This document shows, piece after piece, positions 55,896 to 64,000 of a stretch of DNA of 64,000 bases. The DNA is from Desulfatiglandales bacterium (GTDB lineage: Bacteria; Desulfobacterota; DSM-4660; Desulfatiglandales; HGW-15): assembly GCA_963667015.2 (NCBI GenBank), contig CAXXJJ010000004.1, forward strand, positions 2,720,001-2,784,000, in the 5' to 3' direction. The notes below the pieces were generated by a model that saw only the letters and a program-made list of their open reading frames with translations, was not told the DNA's origin and made no database searches. Made by a program: the position numbers and the translations under genes. The number at the start of each line of letters is the position of its first letter. Position 1 is the stretch's first letter.

Positions 55896-56687
55896 TCAGA
55901 AATGCAAAACAACAACTTCAGGCCTTCTAAACAACCTGAACCGAACATGGCTCGTCCCGATCCCCCGGCTTACATACATCATTTTATTTTCTTCTTTATA
56001 TAATCCATGGTCATATCTTGCATTTTTTTCATACCCCAGCAAATCCCACAACCATGAAGGTAAAGGAATCTGCCCGCCATGAGTATCTCCACTGAGTATT
56101 AAGATTTCATCATTACTTTCAATTTCGCCAAAAAATAATGGGCTGTGACTTAAAACAATATCAGCACAGGCTATATCAGCATCTCCATCTTCATAACCTT
56201 CATCAATACCAGCGATCGTGACCGTCTCTTTTTCCAGGACAATATCAATTTTACTGTTTCTTAAAAACTTAACCGGATGCTGTTCTGTAAATTTACCTGT
56301 ATCTTTTTCATGACAAAACAGACAGCTTTTCCTTGAATTGCTGTAATCATAATCTCCCATTACAGCATAAATACCTTCTTTTGCCTTTAACTGAGATAAA
56401 AAGAATAATGCAGGTTCATAGTTTCCGGACCACTTAACAAAATCCCCGGTTAAAAATATAAAATCAGGTTTGATCTCATCCAGCAGGTTTAACAACTTCT
56501 TTTCAAGAACTCCTATCTCCTTAATATGGATATCAGACAAGTGAACCGCTGTTTTACCCTTCAGGGCAGTAATATCAGGATACAGATGAGTCACTTCCAG
56601 ATTATCAGGCTCAATAAAATAGCCATATGTGGCAATACACGCTAGAAGAGAAAGGAAAATAAATAGGGTTAATTTTATTCTTTTCAT
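55896..56687 (-). CDS. Calcineurin-like metallophosphoesterase (YkuE-like)
   Basis: SDIH, TGDF, LSHSP, SGDTHGGQ, VSRGIG. Confidence 0.88.
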   Translation of the reverse strand: MKRIKLTLFIFLSLLACIATYGYFIEPDNLEVTHLYPDITALKGKTAVHLSDIHIKEIGVLEKKLLNLLDEIKPDFIFLTGDFVKWSGNYEPALFFLSQLKAKEGIYAVMGDYDYSNSRKSCLFCHEKDTGKFTEQHPVKFLRNSKIDIVLEKETVTIAGIDEGYEDGDADIACADIVLSHSPLFFGEIESNDEILILSGDTHGGQIPLPSWLWDLLGYEKNARYDHGLYKEENKMMYVSRGIGTSHVRFRLFRRPEVVVLHF

Positions 56688-56813
56688 ATTGGTTTTATAT
56701 CAGCCACTAAGTCACAAAGACACAAGGTTAAAACTTCTGTTTTTATTAAGATATTTTTGTTTTCTCTGCGACTTAGCGTCTTTGTGGCAATATTTTTTAT
56801 AAATGATCCGATG

Positions 56814-58304
56814 CTAATTTGCCGCTAATTCCCGCAACTGCTTAATACACAGACTGTTCAGGGCCACAGCCCTCTCGTTTGTGTCTGCTTCGGTGTAGCA
56901 TCTGAATTCCGGGGCATTGCCGGATGGGCGCAGGTGTACCACTTCCCGGTTTTCAAAGGTGATCCGGATACCGTCAGTGCGATCAATAGATGACACCTTG
57001 CCGCATATCTCGCTAAACTGCTGTTCGATAACAGCGTGATCAGTATCTTCGACGCCTGTAGTGAATCTCTCAAGGATAGCTCGACTCTTTTCCAGGGGAA
57101 ACTCTTTGAGCCGATCACTGAAGGTAAAACGCTGGGGCAGGGTCTTTACCAAATCGGATATGCTGCATCCCTGCTCACGTGCCAGTAATATGACTGATAT
57201 TTGCAGTATTACAGCATCACGGGTGGGCAGTGCTGCCAGAGTCCTGCCAAAACGACGCAGCGCACTGCTGGTTAAAAAGCCGCCGTTGGCTTCGTATCCA
57301 ACGACCATTTGCGCACCGGCAGACACCGCGTCATTCATTGAGGCAATCACAAAGGGAGAACCTATTTTCGTTCTGTTCACTTTATTAAAGTAATTACATA
57401 TTTCAACTGCAGAATTACAGCTCACAGGCGTACTTACCGAATCGGCGCCTAGGTATCTGGCGGCAAGAATTCCCGACACATCTCCCCTGATCCATGTGCC
57501 TTTTTCGTCTGAAATCAGGGGCCGGTCACTGTCGCCATCCGTAGATACAACAGTAAAATAATCTCCTTTGCTGCACCATTTTTGAGAGAGGGCGACATCT
57601 TCTTCGCGAATAGCTTCCGTATCCACCGGAATAAACATTTCCGAACGTTCAAGCGGTGTAACAGTTGCCCCCAGTCCGCGGTAAATCTCCACAAGGATAT
57701 CCCGCCCCACTGCTGAATGCTGGTAAACACCAATATGCAGGCCCGAAAGGCAATCTTCAGGAAAGAAATCAAGGTATCTGGAAATATATGCCTTTCGGGC
57801 AGAATCATCAATGCCGGGTATCGGCCAGGGATTGAAAAAACAGCCTTTCTCATCAAATAAACTGCTGTCGATATCCACCTCCTGCTCACGAATTCCTGTT
57901 TCATCTTCTTTCAGTATTTCGCCTGCCGGTTTATTGAATTTTATACCATTGCGGTCTGCAGGAATATGACTTCCGGTTACCATAATTGCCGGGATACGAT
58001 CTGCTATCCCCTTCAGGGCGACAGCCGGGGAGGGGATTTTTCCGCAGTTGATCGGAACATATCCATAATCCAATGCCGCTTTGCCCACTGCGGCCATGAT
58101 CTGGTCTGTGCTGGGACGAAAATCTCCTGCAATCGCAACCTGAGCACCTTTCTGGATGTCTCTGTTTAACTCCAGATACTGCAGAAATCCCATGGTATAA
58201 GTGTAACATACCTGGTCAGTCATCTGCTCAGCCAGCCCCCGCGCACCACTGGTGCCAAAATTCACATCACTCTTTTCCATTAAATCCTTAATACGAATTT
58301 TCAC
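56814..58304 (-). CDS. manB: Phosphomannomutase; GTG start at 58304
   Basis: FGTSGARG, TGSHIP, DGDSDR, RPSGNAPE; AAGGAG RBS. Confidence 0.88.
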   Translation of the reverse strand: MKIRIKDLMEKSDVNFGTSGARGLAEQMTDQVCYTYTMGFLQYLELNRDIQKGAQVAIAGDFRPSTDQIMAAVGKAALDYGYVPINCGKIPSPAVALKGIADRIPAIMVTGSHIPADRNGIKFNKPAGEILKEDETGIREQEVDIDSSLFDEKGCFFNPWPIPGIDDSARKAYISRYLDFFPEDCLSGLHIGVYQHSAVGRDILVEIYRGLGATVTPLERSEMFIPVDTEAIREEDVALSQKWCSKGDYFTVVSTDGDSDRPLISDEKGTWIRGDVSGILAARYLGADSVSTPVSCNSAVEICNYFNKVNRTKIGSPFVIASMNDAVSAGAQMVVGYEANGGFLTSSALRRFGRTLAALPTRDAVILQISVILLAREQGCSISDLVKTLPQRFTFSDRLKEFPLEKSRAILERFTTGVEDTDHAVIEQQFSEICGKVSSIDRTDGIRITFENREVVHLRPSGNAPEFRCYTEADTNERAVALNSLCIKQLRELAAN

Positions 58305-58463
58305 GTTGCTTCCACTCCTTTTATCAGTATTCGCTGGAGAATGATTTGAATTAATTATTATAATTGCCATATCGTGTATCTGAAATGATTAGCTTTTTTA
58401 TCGGAAGGAATAATACCTTTTTGCTTATCATCATGACCTTGTGCCTTCGTGGCAATTTATTTT

Positions 58464-58850
58464 TTAGATGAGAAACAATCCCGGAATATGTTGGAAATGA
58501 ACATCTTTTGTAAATAATTTCAAACCATTCTGAAAAGCCACAGCGGCAATCCAGATATCATTTGTAGGGACTGGTTTTCCAATTTTTCTAAGGCTACATA
58601 ATATCTGAGCGTAAAATTCAGCAGTACCCTCACCTGCTTGATAAACAATAACCCTGGGGCTGTCAAGAAATTGGTCAAGTTCTTTTCGATTTTTCTTTTC
58701 CAGACCTCCAAGCCTGAATCCGGTCAGTAATTCACCGATGCTAATTATTGAGATACCTATTTCATCTGTTTCACGAAGGATCTCAACTACACCCTCATCT
58801 CCCTTCAGAGCATGGGAATATATATTTGTATCGATCAGGATTCTTTTCAT
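58464..58850 (-). CDS. vapC: VapC PIN-domain toxin
   Basis: LIDTN, IGEL, PTNDIWIAA, TKDVHF. Confidence 0.92.
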   Translation of the reverse strand: MKRILIDTNIYSHALKGDEGVVEILRETDEIGISIISIGELLTGFRLGGLEKKNRKELDQFLDSPRVIVYQAGEGTAEFYAQILCSLRKIGKPVPTNDIWIAAVAFQNGLKLFTKDVHFQHIPGLFLI

Positions 58851-59107
58851 TGCCACAATTCCTGATCAATATCTCGTTGATTTTCAATAGAATTTTGTAT
58901 CTTGAGAAATTCATCTTCAGACCACTTCCCAAAAAGATGATCAAGATCTTTATATTTTTTCGAATACTTTTTCTTTTTCTCACCATCGATATTTCGATCA
59001 ATCAATTCAAGTAAATATCTGTTAACGCTTTTACCCTCTTCTTTAGCTGATTCTTTTAATTTTTCAGAAATATCATTGTCAATTCCTCGTATAGTAATCG
59101 CTTTCAT
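58847..59107 (-). CDS. vapB: VapB/FitA-like RHH antitoxin
   Basis: MKAITIRGID..GKSVN; ATGA overlap with vapC. Confidence 0.85.
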   Translation of the reverse strand: MKAITIRGIDNDISEKLKESAKEEGKSVNRYLLELIDRNIDGEKKKKYSKKYKDLDHLFGKWSEDEFLKIQNSIENQRDIDQELWQ

Positions 59108-59489
59108 GACCTGCCTCCAAAATGATCTCACTTTTTGCTATCATAATGCAACTATTATATAAATGCACAATTGAATTGTCAAATTGAATTATCTCTGGCC
59201 ACAAAGGCACTGAGACACTAAGTATTTAATTTATTTTCTATTAATATTATATTTTTGTATTTACTTTGTATACTCTGTGAGCTATGCGAGAGCAGTGTTT
59301 TTGATTTTCTTTGCCTGCCTCAATGAAGAATAAAATGCTAAATTTAAGGAATGGGTATGTGAACCATTATATTTGATGATAAATGATACCTTTTGCTTCT
59401 CATCCGGAAAAGTAATAAATATATTCTGTCTATTCTGGATACTATGTGAAATTCTAAGAATATTTCCAAATGGTTAATCCCTGGCCTAG

Positions 59490-61482
59490 CCCGACTTTCG
59501 CTATTCGGGGAAGAAATTGACAAAAAGCACGATATTTTAAGCTGTAAGTAATTGAAAACACGATAGTGAGGATTTGAAAACCGGTTGTAGTGAAGACCTA
59601 CCCCCTTGCAATATATGATAATGGTTGCGAGAATGTGGGTATGTACCTAAGATCAACAAACCGAAGAAAAGACGGAAAGACACACCGATATTACAGCGTT
59701 GTCGAAAGCCGACGAGTAAGAGATGGCAGAAGTGTGCAAAAGACTTTATTGTACCTGGGAGAAATCAACGACAGTCAGAAAACCGGATGGACCAGGGCTA
59801 TAGAAATTGTTGAAGGCAAAGAGAACCGGCAGATGTCCTTGTTTCCTGAGGACAGAGAAATCCCGGAAGGAGTTGAAAACAGCGTTCAGTTAATAATGAG
59901 CAAGCTGGAGCTTAGCCGTCCAAGGCAATGGGGAGCCTGTTGGCTTGCCTGTGAATTATGGAAGCTTTTAGGATTATCGGAGTTCTGGAAAGATCGATTA
60001 GGTATAAGTAGAAAAGGTACAAGGTGGCGCAATGTACTCCAAACCCTAGTAACATACCGTTTAATTGACCCTGGCAGCGAATGGCGTCTTCACAGATATT
60101 GGTATGATAATAGCGCCATGGGGGATCTGCTGGGAGAAGACTTCAGGATAGCAGGAAAAGATACATTGTACAGATGTCATGATAAGCTTTTGGAACATAA
60201 AGATGAGCTGTTCAGGCATTTAAGAAAGAAATGGGAAAATCTGTTTGATACAAAATTTGAAATTCTTTTGTACGATCTGACCAGTACATATTTTGAAAGT
60301 AATCCGCCCTTTCAGGGAAAGAGACAGTTTGGTTATAGCAGAGACAAACGTAATGATTGCGTGCAGGTAGTCATAGCCCTGGTGGTTACACCTGAAGGAT
60401 TTCCCCTTGCATATGAAGTGTTGCCCGGAAATACACAGGACAAACAGACATTACGCGGGATGCTTGAACACATAGGCAGGTGCTATGGAACTGCTGACCG
60501 CATCTGGATTATGGACAGAGGGATACCAACCGAAGAGGTTCTAAAGGAGATGCGTGAATCAGAGTCTCCGGTATATTATCTGGTAGGGACACCCCGGGGA
60601 CATCTGTCCCGGTATGAAACAGCGCTTTCGGAAAAGCTATGGAATAAAGTAAGAGAAAAGGTAAGGGTAAAGTTCTTATCAGAAGACAAAGATCTCTACA
60701 TCCTTGCAGAAAGTGATGATCGTCGTAAAAAGGAAAGGGGTATCCGTCTGGGCAAACTAATGCGTTTTATATCCAGGCTGAAAGAGTTAAGGAGTCAAAA
60801 AACAATAGACAGGGATAAACTGCTTAAAAAGATAGGAGCCGCAGAAAAGGATGCAGGCCGTTTTGCACGTGTGCTGGATATAACGATTCCCGGTATAAAC
60901 GAGCCAGTCAATGAAGATACATTTTTCTGGAGGATTAATCTCAGCAGATATCGTAAGCTTTACAGGCGAGATGGAAGATACCTCTTGCGGACCAACCAGA
61001 GTGGTGCTGAGCCTGGGAAGTTGTGGGAGCAGTACATATTGTTGACGGAAGTGGAGGAAGCTTTTCGTAATTTGAAAGGAGACTTATCGGTTCGGCCAAT
61101 ATATCACCAGCTTGAAGAACGAATAGATGCTCATATATTTGTATCATTTCTTGCATATTGCCTGCATGTGACTCTTCGTAAGCTGGCCCGGACATACGCA
61201 CCTGGCCTGACACCTCGATCGATTCTGGAACAGCTGAAAGTCATTCAGATGATAGATGTGCATGTTCCAACCACCGATGGCCGAGAGTTGAGAATGTCCA
61301 GGTATACCAGACCTGACAAGGCCCAACAACTCCTTCTGGACAGGCTCAAATTTAAATTACCTCCCCAGCCTCCACCTGAAATATCGATGGGATCAGATAC
61401 GTCTGTAGTGAAGACTTTTTAAATTTTACCCCCTGTTTTCAATGGGTTATTTTTTTATAGCCCTCTAATAGCGAAAGTCGGG
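59490..61482 (+). mobile_element. IS1634-family insertion sequence
   Basis: Perfect 16-bp IR CCCGACTTTCGCTATT at 59490-59505 and 61467-61482; flanks CTAG/TTAG. Confidence 0.88.
59641..61422 (+). CDS. IS1634-family DDE transposase
   Basis: LYDLTSTYFE, GYSRDKR, MDRG, VEEAFRNLK..RPIYH. Confidence 0.92.
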   Translation: MYLRSTNRRKDGKTHRYYSVVESRRVRDGRSVQKTLLYLGEINDSQKTGWTRAIEIVEGKENRQMSLFPEDREIPEGVENSVQLIMSKLELSRPRQWGACWLACELWKLLGLSEFWKDRLGISRKGTRWRNVLQTLVTYRLIDPGSEWRLHRYWYDNSAMGDLLGEDFRIAGKDTLYRCHDKLLEHKDELFRHLRKKWENLFDTKFEILLYDLTSTYFESNPPFQGKRQFGYSRDKRNDCVQVVIALVVTPEGFPLAYEVLPGNTQDKQTLRGMLEHIGRCYGTADRIWIMDRGIPTEEVLKEMRESESPVYYLVGTPRGHLSRYETALSEKLWNKVREKVRVKFLSEDKDLYILAESDDRRKKERGIRLGKLMRFISRLKELRSQKTIDRDKLLKKIGAAEKDAGRFARVLDITIPGINEPVNEDTFFWRINLSRYRKLYRRDGRYLLRTNQSGAEPGKLWEQYILLTEVEEAFRNLKGDLSVRPIYHQLEERIDAHIFVSFLAYCLHVTLRKLARTYAPGLTPRSILEQLKVIQMIDVHVPTTDGRELRMSRYTRPDKAQQLLLDRLKFKLPPQPPPEISMGSDTSVVKTF

Positions 61483-61533
61483 TTAGAACATAGCACAACT
61501 GCATCGACAAGGACTTTTTATACAAATTCGTCA

Positions 61534-62049
61534 ATGAATACTTTTCATTTGCTCGGGGAATTAATTTTAACCGAGTGCAGACCATCAGAAGCCAGGGCAT
61601 TCAGGAAAATTGATATCAAAACCACACATATAAATTTTGCTGTTACATTCGGAAGGAATGAAGAATTAAAAGAAGTAAAAGGAAAAAAGGTTATGCCGTT
61701 CCCTTTGACTGAGGCATTGTAAGAATTATTTGATTCAATGAAAAAGTCCCTGGGAATATATCAATTTCCAAATCCGGAAACAGGAAGGCCATATTCAAAA
61801 AATATAAATAGAATATTCAATAGAGCAGCTAAAAAAGCTGGAATTGATATTACATTAAATGAATGGGGAAAAAAATCTTTTGCTATGCAGGCGTTGCAAT
61901 CAATTGAAAAAGGAATGGTAAGTCACTTATTGAGACATCAAGATCCAAGAATGATTGATCATTATACAGAATATCAGATAGAGCCTTTGAAGAGCGCACT
62001 TGATAAGATACAGGCAATAGGTACGAAAAGAATAAAAAATTCAAGTTAA
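61534..62049 (+). pseudogene. Tyrosine integrase C-terminal remnant with in-frame stop at 61720-61722
   Basis: CRPSEARA (box I Arg), SHLLRHQDPRMIDHY (box II); two ORFs in the same frame. Confidence 0.7.
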
Positions 62050-62260
62050 ATAATATCAGTAGTATTAATTGGATTTAACATTTGTAAAGGTTTTTGAAAC
62101 AACTGCGTATGCATTTTTACGTACTGTGCCCATAAAGTAATTGTGTTGCTGAGATCCCCTTATTGACTGCCAGTTATTACATGGTTTACGGCATTCGATT
62201 AAAATAATATCTCCTTCTATAGCATCACCGTGATTTCGGTTTACTTTATGTTCCTTCCTT

Positions 62261-62617
62261 CTAATCGAGTGCGACAATTTTACCCTCTTGCTCAAGTTCT
62301 TCACATGCTTGAACAATCATTGGAAGAGGAAAATTAAATTCATCCATCAATTCTCCATAGTCAATATTTTCACCATGCTTTTTATCAAAATAGTCTTTAA
62401 TAATTACTTTCATTTCTTCTAATGAATAATTTTGTACTGGAATAACGTGATTATCGTCATGGGCTTGTGTTTGTTGGATCATTTGAATCCACCTTCCAAT
62501 ATTGTAGCCGATTACAAGGCTTGTTTGAGATATTGCATTGTAATTATTTTTAAGCAATTCCCGTGCCACTATCCCATTTTGACCTGCAAAATCCCAAGGA
62601 GTATCTCTATTGAACAT
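62261..62617 (-). CDS. Hypothetical protein, possible C-terminal HTH
   Basis: Overlaps the upstream gene; ..GELMDEFNFPLPMIVQACEELEQEGKI; start uncertain. Confidence 0.55.
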   Translation of the reverse strand: MFNRDTPWDFAGQNGIVARELLKNNYNAISQTSLVIGYNIGRWIQMIQQTQAHDDNHVIPVQNYSLEEMKVIIKDYFDKKHGENIDYGELMDEFNFPLPMIVQACEELEQEGKIVALD

Positions 62618-62966
62618 TATCGGTTCTCTCTTTAATATTCTTGAAAGTTTTATCATATTCGTCAGCTTTTTCAATTAGCCAAGCAGCTATTGACCTTGCA
62701 ACTATTGGATCAATCGAAATTCCGCAAAATACATTTCTAATAACCGAATCTTTTGAGTCTATTAACGATGGGCCTTTACCTAAAGAACCATCGGGGTTTA
62801 AAGCAAAAGTTTCTTTCTTTGGTATAGCCCTTCTTTCACTATAAAAATTCATCATAATACGACCATCAGCGCTTAATCCGCCGTGGACACCATTAGCAAT
62901 ATAAATGTTATATGAGGGAAGTATTTTATACTCAAAAGACAAATCTTTAGGTATTTTCATGGCCAT
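62607..62966 (-). CDS. Hypothetical island protein
   Basis: GGGAG RBS; ANGVHGG..NFYSER. Confidence 0.7.
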   Translation of the reverse strand: MAMKIPKDLSFEYKILPSYNIYIANGVHGGLSADGRIMMNFYSERRAIPKKETFALNPDGSLGKGPSLIDSKDSVIRNVFCGISIDPIVARSIAAWLIEKADEYDKTFKNIKERTDNVQ

Positions 62967-63444
62967 CTATCTCCCGTTTTTTTTGATTGTAAAAGGGAAT
63001 TAAACACAAATGAAAAATATTGTCAAATTAGTTTATTATGAGCTTGGCATTAATTAATTTCTTAGAATTATTTATTACTATAACATATTTTAAAATTATT
63101 CCTATAAATATAATATTTGCCACAAATATGACGTAAAAACAAAGCTAAGTCATTGAAATAATGGCGGAGAGGGTGTCTGCTTTTTACCTGTTTTATCCTG
63201 TTTTATTATGTCTCTTTAAGTATCCTATTTAACTACATAAATAAGATATATTATTTAATTCCTGTCTTTTTTTGTTGCAATCTGTATCTATTAATTGTAA
63301 TTTTTATGGTGTAACTAATGGGTGAACATTTTTTTAGTCATATTTATTCACATTATATTATTTTATTTTAAAGTGTGTGAAGTTCGATTCAAAAGTCTCC
63401 GCCATAATTTTTGTAAACATAAAACAACTAAAAGGACATCAATT

Positions 63445-64000
63445 ATGCCAAAAAAAGTAGAAGATTTAAAAGCTATTGAAATAAAGCGAATCACAAAACC
63501 GGGCAGGCATGCTGTTGGAAATGTTCCCGGATTAATATTATTTGTTAAACCCACTGGAACCCGATCTTGGATATATAGAACCATGTTCGGAAATAAACGG
63601 CTTAATATAGGTTTGGGCGGATATCCTCAAGTATCCCTTGCTAAAGCTAAAGAAAAAGCCAATGAGGCAAAAAGCCTTATTGATAAAGGGATTAATCCCA
63701 TAGAAAGGAAGATGGAAATCAGACAGGCAGTTATTGCCTCACAGAATGGTAGGATGACTTTTGCAAAAGCAGCACAGTTATGCCACGAAATGAAATCATC
63801 GGAGTTTAAGAACGTTAAGCACGTTAAACAATGGATCGCAACATTGGAGACTTACGCATTTCCCATTATAGGACGTATACCAGTTGATGAAATAGATTTG
63901 CCTCATGTTCTACAGGTACTTGAACCAATCTGGCAGGATAAGACCGAAACGGCAACAAGGTTGCGTCAGAGGATAGAGGCGGTATTAACTTGGGCCACAG
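63445..64000 (+). CDS. P4-type tyrosine integrase with arm-binding domain (3' truncated by window)
   Basis: MPKKVEDL..KPGRHAVGNVPGLILFVKPTGTRSW..GLGGYPQVSLAKA..KNVKHVKQW..KTETATRLRQRIE. Confidence 0.92.
   Translation, partial: MPKKVEDLKAIEIKRITKPGRHAVGNVPGLILFVKPTGTRSWIYRTMFGNKRLNIGLGGYPQVSLAKAKEKANEAKSLIDKGINPIERKMEIRQAVIASQNGRMTFAKAAQLCHEMKSSEFKNVKHVKQWIATLETYAFPIIGRIPVDEIDLPHVLQVLEPIWQDKTETATRLRQRIEAVLTWAT

Noticed and set aside
45800..56800. Short-period repeats as a CRISPR array
   Set aside because: Degenerate 7-9-mers in inverted arms, no constant repeat with unique spacers, no cas genes

Overview
AT-rich chromosomal window from an anaerobic deltaproteobacterium (probably Desulfobacterota; inferred from gene content: Ahb haem pathway, glycyl-radical enzymes, selenium-associated genes). 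Core content: ahbC-hemB-ahbD-ahbA, an atypical ClpX-like ATPase, purL-purQ, a complete rrn operon on the minus strand (16S, tRNA-Ile, tRNA-Ala, 23S, 5S), degT, tolC-ftsE-ftsX-envC-ctpA-yibQ, htrA, a LysR/ThiF/YedF cluster, ppiA, cysC and manB. Two accessory zones: a decayed prophage-like island behind tRNA-Arg(CCG) (about 1.5-4.7 kb) and a mobile zone at the right end (vapBC, IS1634, dead integrase, P4-type integrase). The most striking locus is missed by the ORF track (about 2600-3030): a promoter, a tRNA with a serine-type body but an isoleucine (GAU) anticodon, a 36-aa ORF whose RBS sits in a switchable hairpin, and a consensus antisense promoter/terminator pair spanning the tRNA, i.e. a candidate RNA-controlled toxin-antitoxin or mistranslation module. 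Other highlights: an aromatic-residue-rich leader peptide with attenuator before an MBL-hydrolase/thioesterase gene run, two paralogous diol-dehydratase-like glycyl radical enzymes sharing a 4-Cys insertion, a tolC gene with no in-frame start codon, and an rrn promoter region that resembles part of the neighbouring degT coding sequence. All calls were made by eye; no searches were run and some coordinates may be off by a few bases.
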